A stretch of 32,000 nt of DNA from Promethearchaeota archaeon (GTDB taxonomy: Archaea > Asgardarchaeota > Thorarchaeia > Thorarchaeales > Thorarchaeaceae), in assembly GCA_027031765.1 (NCBI GenBank), contig JALVPN010000040.1, positions 83,265 to 115,264 on the forward strand, given 5' to 3'. Position 1 is the stretch's first letter. Each line of letters opens with the position of its first letter. Of this stretch, positions 21,570 through 28,576 are shown piece after piece. The notes beneath the pieces were generated by a model. That model had not been told where the DNA came from. It did no database searches and saw only the letters and a list, made by a program, of their open reading frames with translations. A program made the translations under genes and the position numbers.

Positions 21570-21670
21570 GCCGGGGTATCCAAGTGGCTACGGAGACGGT
21601 CTCGAAACGCATCGTCGAGTGAACCGTTGGGGCAATCCCCGCGTGGGTTCGAATCCCTCCCCCGGCGCCA
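21570..21670 (+). tRNA. tRNA-Ser(CGA) with a 15-nt canonical intron (21607-21621, 37/38), CCA encoded
   Basis: Acceptor GCCGGGG/CCCCGGC, anticodon stem ACGGT/ACCGT, long variable arm TGGGGCAATCCCCG, central helix CTCG/CGAG, G73. Confidence 0.95.
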
Positions 21671-21759
21671 TCCAACCCTTTCGTTGATATGAGGATTGAC
21701 ACAATGTACTGTCACTCGAATCGGGCACCCGTATTATAGGTGGAAAGTGGCGAACCAAA

Positions 21760-21882
21760 TGGTGCGGAGGGCGAGATTTGAACTCGCGAACCCCTACGGG
21801 AGTACCCCGTTGCCCGATTTTTCACTGGAACAACATCCGGGTCCTAAGCCCAGCGCCTTTGACCAGGCTTGGCAACCTCCGC
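21760..21882 (-). tRNA. tRNA-Leu(UAG) with a 35-nt non-canonical intron (21802-21836, 43/44), CCA encoded
   Basis: Acceptor GCGGAGG/CCTCCGC, anticodon TAG, variable arm CCCGTAGGG. BHB with central helix ACCC/GGGT, bulges GG^A and AC^T, intron stem TGTTGTTC/GGGCAACG. TTATAA at 21912-21917. Confidence 0.93.
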
Positions 21883-22354
21883 TTGTTGGAGAAGAGTTGC
21901 AGCCTGGGCTGTTATAATCCTTTGGCTAGTACGATGGAGGGCAGCCAGTGGGGGGGAGCAATATCGCAAGGTCACACATGTCAAACTTGAGCCACTGGCC
22001 TAGAGCTGGTGGGGGCAGGCAAACGGGGCGACATCCCAGCATCTGAACCATCACTGATACGACTCAATGGCATTCGTGGGCCACATGCAAATCCCTTGTC
22101 AGCCTCGCACTCTAAGGAGCTGCCGTGCCAAGTACAGTGCAATGGCCATCAAACTGTGGAGTTGACATCACTTACGCACTCATTCAGAATCCGTGCGTGC
22201 TTCCTTTTCGGAACTCGTTGCTGAAAGGGAACATACCAAATGAGAGTATAAATCCTTGAACCATCATAAGACGGGGCATATGCGTCGTGTTTGAATTACT
22301 AGATCCAGAAATTGGTGACAGGTTTGCCACGACACATGACCTGGATGATGCTGG

Positions 22355-22486
22355 TCAGTCGCGGACCTCCCAGTTGTGTTGACACCGTGGGCAACGCATC
22401 AGACGACGATAGCCCCCTGTCGGTAGAAGCTCTTTCTTGACGAGCGCTACATCCTTGAAGCCACACTTTGGACACTTTTCGCTCAT
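22355..22486 (-). CDS. 43-aa C4 zinc-ribbon microprotein (TFIIS/TFS C-ribbon-like), not in the ORF track
   Basis: Hand translation MSEKCPKCGFKDVALVKKELLPTGGYRRLMRCPRCQHNWEVRD; CX2C-X23-CX2C; SD-like GTGAG upstream. Confidence 0.75.
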   Translation of the reverse strand: MSEKCPKCGFKDVALVKKELLPTGGYRRLMRCPRCQHNWEVRD

Positions 22487-22765
22487 GGCCACTCACGCGA
22501 TTCGAAGTTCACACAGTCAGATTATCTAGTTTGCTGTTATGTACTGCAAACACGTGACCGATATACGGACGAATCAAAGTGAAGTGGGGCACCATTGCAG
22601 GGACTGGGGGTTTCCGTCCTAGTGACACTGGGAGGACATGAGATAGCCACCAATGCGTCTCGTGGAGCTACTGCACAGCGGTTGCATGGGCCGAGCGGGT
22701 AATATGCAGATGACACCGGGTTTAAAGATAGACCTAGCCCTAACGGATAGCTCGGGTATGTTGTC

Positions 22766-23050
22766 ATGAAGCCCATTGAGGAAAGAGTAAGAAGCGTACT
22801 ACGACAGGATGGGATAGATTGCCATACCGTGTATGCGATGCCAGATCCAGATGCCAAGAAGATACTCCTAGCATTTGGTGCCAACAAAAACCGCAGGCTC
22901 ACAACAAGCAGAATCGAACGGATTCTGAACTCAAGTGGTCTTGGACGTTTCAATGTGCCAAGGGAGTTCCAGAGACTGAGCGCTGCATTTCTTCACCTTG
23001 AGGTTACGCTAGGTGCCGATACCCCCGTCCCAGATGACAATGCACGTTGA
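22766..23050 (+). CDS. Hypothetical protein (94 aa)
   Basis: TTTAAA at 22721-22726 upstream; fills the gap before the co-oriented SDR gene; no family recognised. Confidence 0.65.
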   Translation: MKPIEERVRSVLRQDGIDCHTVYAMPDPDAKKILLAFGANKNRRLTTSRIERILNSSGLGRFNVPREFQRLSAAFLHLEVTLGADTPVPDDNAR

Positions 23051-23083
23051 AACAGGAAGCAGACGGAGGCGTCACAACTGGAC

Positions 23084-23833
23084 TTGGAACTGACGGACAG
23101 ACGGTTCTTGGTCACAGCTGCGTCGCGCGGACTTGGGTACAGCGTTGCCAGCGTTCTAGTTGACGAGGGGGCGAGGGTCATAATCTGCGGTCGGAATCAG
23201 GACGCTCTTGAGGCCGCAACGGATGCGCTTGGTGGGACTGCCCATTATGTGGTGGCCGACCTGTCAAAACGTGAGGATATAGCAAGGCTGGCCGAAGAGG
23301 TGAACGGGCATTTCGAGGAGTTGGACGGACTATTTGTGAATGCGGGAGGGCCGCGCCCAGGTAGGTTCGACGATGTCTTGGACAGCGACTGGGCTGACGC
23401 ATTCCAGCTTACGGTGATGAGCGCGGTTCGCTTGACGAAGAGCATTGTACCCCTGTTGCGAAAGTCTGAAACCCCAAGTATCCTATATAGCACTTCAATC
23501 TCGGTCAAGCAGCCTATTGACGGTCTAGTGCTCTCGAACTCCCTAAGACTGAGTGTCATAGGACTCATGCGGACACTAGCACGGGAGCTGGGAACAATTG
23601 GAATCAGAATCAATGCAGTCTGTCCAGGGTATTTCTCGACACGACGTGTTCAGGAGCTGATAGGCGACAACCAAAAGATGGCACAAGAAATCATTCAGGC
23701 CATCCCACTCGGCAGGATGGGCGAGCCCATCGAGTTTGGCCGCATATGTTCATTCCTCATGAGCCCACTGGCCAGCTATGTCCATGGGGCAGTAGTGTTG
23801 ATTGATGGGGGAATATATCGAGGCATGACGTAG
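23084..23833 (+). CDS. Short-chain dehydrogenase/reductase (start may be CTG at 23078)
   Basis: LVTAASRGLG, VADLS, VNAGGP, SNSLR, INAVCPG, IPLGRMGEP, YVHGAVVLIDGG. Confidence 0.93.
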   Translation: MELTDRRFLVTAASRGLGYSVASVLVDEGARVIICGRNQDALEAATDALGGTAHYVVADLSKREDIARLAEEVNGHFEELDGLFVNAGGPRPGRFDDVLDSDWADAFQLTVMSAVRLTKSIVPLLRKSETPSILYSTSISVKQPIDGLVLSNSLRLSVIGLMRTLARELGTIGIRINAVCPGYFSTRRVQELIGDNQKMAQEIIQAIPLGRMGEPIEFGRICSFLMSPLASYVHGAVVLIDGGIYRGMT

Positions 23834-23838
23834 GTGTA

Positions 23839-24858
23839 CTACGCAAACATCCGGCGGAGCGCGACCACGGCATATCTCCGGACTTGGTCGTCCTCGTCAT
23901 CAATGAGTTCCTGCAGGAGAGGTGCTGACGGGGCGAACCGTGCTACGCCCATCGCCCAAGCAGCATGTCGTCGGACACGCACATCATCGGAGCACAATAG
24001 TTGTGCTATGGCGCGGAGGACAAAGTCAGACCTGTCAGCAACAAGAATGCGAATCAGTCGGATCTGTTCGTTTGGCTCGGCCTGGTGCAACGCATCGACC
24101 AGACACTGTAGTGCATGTGCACTGTGCATGCCCAACAGAGCGCGGGCTGCCCACTCGCGTACCGAATCAGAGGAATCTTCCAACGCCGCCAGCAGACACA
24201 TGATTGAGGATGGGGCGCTTATTTTTGCAAGCGCCCACGCGCTGGATTGCCTGACCTCAGGATGCGAGTCGCCCAGTAGGGTGCAGAGCGTACCTATGGC
24301 CCGGTCATCAACAGAGTTGGTCATAGCGTATATAGCCTCAACCCGGAGTTCGAGCGGGACGGACTGGTCGCGTGCCATGAAACGAAGTATGCGCTGTGCC
24401 TCACTAGAGCTGGACAGGGAGAGGAGATGAACTGCCCACTTCCTCACATTGAATGGTTCCTCATCGCTAAGCAGCAGGTCAGCCACATGTAAATCAGGAC
24501 TGTTGTCGTGGATTCTGTAGGCCGCCTGTAGTCCGCGGACACGAATTTCGGAGCTGGAATCTTGCAGGGCATGCAACACAATCTTGTGGCCAGATTTCGA
24601 GTCAAGAAAATCTACCAAGCGCAGTAGCCGTAGTCGATGTTGGTGGTAGTGCGCATCATCACTTCCGAAAACGGCCTCGACGAATTCCAAGAATGGGGCA
24701 GGCGATTCGTTAGCAATGCGGATAAGAGTATTTCTTGTGCTAGTCGAGTCCTGTCCGAGGAGGGCAAGTAGCCGACGGATGTCACGAGAATGCCGAGCTT
24801 GCTTCCTCGGAGGCTTAGCAGGCAAAGAGAGGTCACCGTGACCCATATTTGTCAACAT
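23839..24858 (-). CDS. HEAT/PBS-lyase-like repeat protein
   Basis: Recurring units ALQDSSSEIRVRGL, LLGDSHPEVRQSSAWAL, ALEDSSDSVREWAARAL, LIDDEDDQVRRYAVVAL. Confidence 0.85.
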   Translation of the reverse strand: MLTNMGHGDLSLPAKPPRKQARHSRDIRRLLALLGQDSTSTRNTLIRIANESPAPFLEFVEAVFGSDDAHYHQHRLRLLRLVDFLDSKSGHKIVLHALQDSSSEIRVRGLQAAYRIHDNSPDLHVADLLLSDEEPFNVRKWAVHLLSLSSSSEAQRILRFMARDQSVPLELRVEAIYAMTNSVDDRAIGTLCTLLGDSHPEVRQSSAWALAKISAPSSIMCLLAALEDSSDSVREWAARALLGMHSAHALQCLVDALHQAEPNEQIRLIRILVADRSDFVLRAIAQLLCSDDVRVRRHAAWAMGVARFAPSAPLLQELIDDEDDQVRRYAVVALRRMFA

Positions 24859-24880
24859 AGAGGGCGAGCAGCAGAAATTG

Positions 24881-26080
24881 CTACTCGCCACTCATCAGAG
24901 CTCTCAGTCGTTCCATTTCTGCAAGCATTTCCGACTGCAGTGTAGTCTTGGTACTGCCGGCTGTGCTCGTCTGCGCGGTAGGAACTGTAGGTGCCGTGGA
25001 AACACCACCACCGGGAGGACCACCACCAGGAGGACCACCACCAGGAGGACCACCACCAGGGGCACCACCACCAGGGGCACCACCACCAGGAGGACCACCA
25101 CCAGGAGGACCACCACCAGGAGGACCACCACCAGGAGGACCACCACCAGGAGGACCACCACCGGGAGGACCACCACCAGGAGGACCACCACCAGGGGCAC
25201 CACCACCAGGAGGACCACCACCAGGGGCACCACCACCAGGAGGACCACCACCAGGGGCACCACCACCAGGAGGACCACCACCAGGAGGACCACCACCAGG
25301 AGGACCACCACCAGGAGGACCACCACCAGGAGGACCACCACCAGGGGCACCACCACCAGGAGGACCACCACCAGGGGCACCACCACCAGGAGGACCACCA
25401 CCAGGGGCACCACCACCAGGAGGACCACCACCAGGAGGACCACCACCGGGAGTTAGTGTAACAGAAGTGGCAGGTGCCGCTGACCCAGGCACGCCTACAC
25501 TTGGTGGTCCTGCTTCAACCTCTTCGGATTCGACAGAAGTCCCAGCCATCAGCGTGAGTTTCTGCAGATAATCGCGTCGTGCTTGGTCGGCAGCTGTTGC
25601 AGTGGCAAGTATCTCTTTCAACTCCTCATCTCTTGCAATTGCCTGTCGTACGACCTCGAGTCGATCTCGATAGAGGGTGGTGAGGAGCTCTCTTAGACTA
25701 TCGTCAATTTCGCCTTTGTCCGCATAGTAGTCGACTGCAACCAGTGCCTGCTGAAGCGCATTCTCCTCAATCTTTAGGAAGACGAGTGCCTCGTTGGGAT
25801 CTTTGATGAAGGACACCCTTCTTGTTCCCGAGATGCCAGCTGAAACATCACCGGTCGATGCAATTATGGCCCGAATCCCGTCCAAAACACCACTGCCACG
25901 GGTCTGTCTGATGCGGTGAATGAGGTACAGAATAGTAAGCCATACAGGAATAGAGTATATAATCATCAGCCATGCGTACGCTCCGAATGGAAAACCAAGA
26001 GGGCGCATGACACTCTCAATATGGCTGAACACGCTCATTATGGCGGATGTGATATCTCCATAAATATCCAACAACTGCAC
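24881..26080 (-). CDS. Predicted single-pass membrane protein with a helical domain, a (PGGG[P/A])x30 array and a C-terminal amphipathic helix
   Basis: Hydrophobic segment FPFGAYAWLMIIYSIPVWLTILYLI followed by HRIRQTR. Only this frame is open both across the repeat and into protein-like flanks. GGTGA SD at the start. Confidence 0.85.
   Translation of the reverse strand: MQLLDIYGDITSAIMSVFSHIESVMRPLGFPFGAYAWLMIIYSIPVWLTILYLIHRIRQTRGSGVLDGIRAIIASTGDVSAGISGTRRVSFIKDPNEALVFLKIEENALQQALVAVDYYADKGEIDDSLRELLTTLYRDRLEVVRQAIARDEELKEILATATAADQARRDYLQKLTLMAGTSVESEEVEAGPPSVGVPGSAAPATSVTLTPGGGPPGGGPPGGGAPGGGPPGGGAPGGGPPGGGAPGGGPPGGGPPGGGPPGGGPPGGGPPGGGAPGGGPPGGGAPGGGPPGGGAPGGGPPGGGPPGGGPPGGGPPGGGPPGGGPPGGGPPGGGAPGGGAPGGGPPGGGPPGGGPPGGGVSTAPTVPTAQTSTAGSTKTTLQSEMLAEMERLRALMSGE
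25004..25450. repeat. 15-nt coding tandem repeat, 30 PGGG blocks, with 150-nt higher-order periodicity
   Basis: Unit ACCACCACCAGGAGG with 8 GGGGC (Ala) variants; variants at ~25194/25224/25254 recur at ~25344/25374/25404. Confidence 0.98.
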
Positions 26081-26477
26081 TCACCATCTGCGCTTCATAC
26101 AAGATTTGCATCTCGTCTGCTGTATTTGAGCTTTCTTGTGGGTCTTGATCCCTTGTATCACCTAGTGTCACAGCGACGGGTGCACATACTACGGGCCAAC
26201 AATGGTTAGTACACAATCACTCATAAAGATGTTCGTTGTGGAGTACAGATGGATTAGACGAGATAGCTGAGAGTGTCCTGTATTACTGTACCCTACATTT
26301 GAAGGACGACGAATATGGGGCCCGGTCTGAGAGGACTCAAGGGCAAACTAACCCAGTCCTTCCTGCGGCCATCTCTTCGTGTGCCAGATAGGTGCCGTGT
26401 CCATAGCCTACACTGGCACAAATGACATGGAGATGTACTGTGACAGGGTGGAATGTGAGGATGCCCCAAGAGTAGCC

Positions 26478-26485
26478 TTTTATAT
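26478..26485 (+). promoter_or_regulatory. TATA box of tRNA-Thr
   Basis: TTTTATAT ending 24 nt upstream of G1. Confidence 0.7.
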
Positions 26486-26508
26486 CGATACGCAACTCGC
26501 AGACATGT

Positions 26509-26614
26509 GCCCCAGTAGCAAAGTGGTCTACTGCACCTGACTTGTAAGGTTGTAGTGAGACCTGCTCGTCAAGAAATCAGGAGATCGTGGGTTCAAATCC
26601 CACCTGGGGCTCCA
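26509..26614 (+). tRNA. tRNA-Thr(UGU) with a 29-nt canonical intron (26547-26575, 37/38), CCA encoded
   Basis: Acceptor GCCCCAG/CTGGGGC, U73, anticodon stem CCTGA/TCAGG, central helix CTTG/CAAG with bulges TA^A and AA^A. Confidence 0.94.
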
Positions 26615-26709
26615 CATTTCTACACGTTGCTCATACCTGTGACCATGCATACATCTGAAGCCGGGGCTGATTCCATGCCAGTCACATAGGGAAGTGGGAA
26701 GTATATGCC

Positions 26710-27003
26710 CTATCCAACTACCAACTGTACGACGAAGAGAAGGATGGTGACTGTGGACACCAGAGCGATAGCAGCTCCAATCTTGAACGGAAACTTCCGG
26801 GTCTTGTGGTGCAACGAGAACATAGCACCAACAAGTCCAAGACCCCCACCAATTAAGCCTAGGAGAATCAATGTGGTTTCCGGAACCCGCCACTCACCCC
26901 GCCTTGCACGCCACTTGTCCCATGCCATGACAACTAGGGCCGAGAGATTGACAGCAAGCAAATAGGAAACAAGAACCCAGACCAAGGGACTAGACAATGC
27001 CAT
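26710..27003 (-). CDS. DUF1294-family membrane protein
   Basis: VNLSALVVMAWDKWRARRGEWRVPETTL...GGGLG...HHKTRK signature; ATG 1 nt after the pgk stop. Confidence 0.9.
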   Translation of the reverse strand: MALSSPLVWVLVSYLLAVNLSALVVMAWDKWRARRGEWRVPETTLILLGLIGGGLGLVGAMFSLHHKTRKFPFKIGAAIALVSTVTILLFVVQLVVG

Positions 27004-27004
27004 G

Positions 27005-28216
27005 TCAGTCATCCATCCTTCGGGCCGCTGCTTCAAGAGCACTTACGAGGGGGAGCTGCTCCCCCGTAAGGAAGCTTATGCAGGCACCGCCCCCGGTGCT
27101 AATGTGGGTTATGGAAGACTCAAGCCCCACCCTCCGTGCAAGAACCCCAAGATGGCCGCCACCTACGACTGTAACGCCGCCGCAGCTGGCGATTGCCTCC
27201 AGCACTCTGATAGAGCCATGTGCGAATGCCTCCCGTTCAAAACAGCCGAGGGGGCCATTGGCGAAGACGACGGCTGAACGTCCAATGATTTCCTCAAATG
27301 CCTCAAGTGTCTTGGGCCCAACATCAAGGACTGGACGCCCCTGAAGAGCATCAAGAGAGCAATCGACCCGTCTGCCGTCCTGTTCAATCGCTCCATCTTG
27401 AGGGAGCACGATGATATCGGAGAATTCGGATAGCAAACGACATGCAACATCAAGAACCGAGTCAGAACCGCTGATTGCAGATACATACCTGGGTGGGACT
27501 TGTCCGTTGGCTGCGAGGAAGAGAGTTGCGACAAGGCCGCCAAGCAGTGCATGGTCGACCCGTTCAGAGCGCAGGAGTTTCTCCAGTGTCTTGACCTTGT
27601 CTTGGACTTTGCTCCCGCCGAGTACGAGAGTCCAGGGGTGTTTCGTGGTTGCTGTCACCTCCGTTAGGATGCGTATCTCCTTTTCAAGGAGCCGACCAGC
27701 CACGGATGGTAACACAACCGTGAAACCAACAATAGAGGGCTGGGATCGGTGCGCAGCGCCGAATGCATCATTGACGAACAGGTCAAAGAAATGGTACAGT
27801 TCCTGTACTATCGGTTCCTGAGCGACCACCTCAGGGGGTTCCCGCTTCAGCTCTCCCGGAAAGAAGCGGACATTCTCTAGGACGACTATTTGGCCAACCT
27901 CAACTCTTTGAATGGCCCGTTTTGCGCTCTCGCCGAAAATGTCGTCAACAAAGGACGCATTGAACCCCATCTCTCGTAGAAGACGGACGTGCGACTCCAA
28001 AGACACAAAGTCACTGGATTCGGGACGCCCCTGGTGTGCCATTAGGACAACGGCGCTCTCGGATAGTTCCTCAAGTGTAGGACAGACAGCCCTAATGCGG
28101 CTGTCATCGAGGATTTCATGAGTGTCAGGATTTAGTGAGGAGTTGAGGTCTGCGCGCACAAGAACCCTTTTGCCGGCAACCTCGACATCGTCGAGTGTCT
28201 TGAATGGTAAGCGCAA
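27005..28216 (-). CDS. pgk: Phosphoglycerate kinase
   Basis: RVLVRADLNS, AHQGRP, LENVRF, FVNDAFGAAHRSQPS, LGGSKVQDK, HISTGGGA. Start placed at TTG 28216 because the upstream extension runs into tRNA-Met. Confidence 0.97.
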   Translation of the reverse strand: MRLPFKTLDDVEVAGKRVLVRADLNSSLNPDTHEILDDSRIRAVCPTLEELSESAVVLMAHQGRPESSDFVSLESHVRLLREMGFNASFVDDIFGESAKRAIQRVEVGQIVVLENVRFFPGELKREPPEVVAQEPIVQELYHFFDLFVNDAFGAAHRSQPSIVGFTVVLPSVAGRLLEKEIRILTEVTATTKHPWTLVLGGSKVQDKVKTLEKLLRSERVDHALLGGLVATLFLAANGQVPPRYVSAISGSDSVLDVACRLLSEFSDIIVLPQDGAIEQDGRRVDCSLDALQGRPVLDVGPKTLEAFEEIIGRSAVVFANGPLGCFEREAFAHGSIRVLEAIASCGGVTVVGGGHLGVLARRVGLESSITHISTGGGACISFLTGEQLPLVSALEAAARRMDD

Positions 28217-28271
28217 CTTCTCAGTCTCCGCAGCGGTTTCCGTCGTGCCGGGATAGAAGAGGTCGAGAGGG

Positions 28272-28441
28272 TGGTGCCGCAGGAGGGCGACTCGGCCACT
28301 CCTCAAGACTCGGGGAGCAGCATTCGATCCCTCGACTTCGAGATTTCTCATCTCCGGCCAGCCATTAATATGACCCCACGGGCAACCGGAACACCGGTCA
28401 GATTATGAGTCTCGCGCCCTACCAGGCTAGGCCACTGCGGC
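28272..28441 (-). tRNA. Elongator tRNA-Met(CAU) with two introns: 59 nt at 37/38 (28345-28403) and 34 nt at 59/60 (28289-28322); CCA encoded
   Basis: Acceptor GCCGCAG/CTGCGGC, A73, anticodon stem CGAGA/TCTCG, T-stem GAGGG/CCCTC. BHB1 helix CTCA/TGAG; BHB2 helix ATCG/CGAG with intron stem GCTGCTCC/GGAGTGGC. Confidence 0.9.
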
Positions 28442-28576
28442 ACATCTCGTTGGGCGGAGATACCTCTCGACGACGGTGCTGATGAGATGTGTACGACTAA
28501 TTAAGGTTATGATGGCAGTGCCAGTACAGCCGGACGGGAGCAGCAGGATGCAGAACGCGAGGAGCGACTGACAGGC

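Noticed and set aside
21802-21841. Two-intron parse of tRNA-Leu using the internal CCAGT
   Set aside because: A single 43/44 intron gives a complete BHB; the alternative has none.
25004-25450. Possible CRISPR array
   Set aside because: Head-to-tail 15-nt units with no spacers and no cas genes; in-frame coding repeat.
24878-25571. His-rich (EDHHQ), Arg/Thr-rich, Val/Leu-rich and PPPGG ORFs over the repeat
   Set aside because: By-products of a stop-free 15-nt unit; only the minus-strand 24881-26080 frame has long protein-like flanks and an SD.
28217-28351. N-terminal extension of pgk in the ORF track
   Set aside because: Overlaps tRNA-Met; PGK homology begins at TTG 28216.
28345-28403. Box C/D guide inside the tRNA-Met 59-nt intron (CTGA near the 5' end, GAGATGA near the 3' end)
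   Set aside because: No second D'/C' pair or guide segment, and the bulge would be 1 or 5 nt rather than the 3 nt of a K-turn.
28272-28441. Initiator Met or Ile2 identity for the CAU tRNA
   Set aside because: G1-C72 and no three G-C pairs in the anticodon stem exclude initiator; the GCC start fits elongator Met rather than the GGG start of Ile2.
28527-28544. SRP RNA helix-8-like CAGCCGGACGGGAGCAGC
   Set aside because: Loop GGAC is not GNRA, and the ~135-nt gap between tRNA-Met and gatE cannot hold a ~300-nt archaeal SRP RNA.
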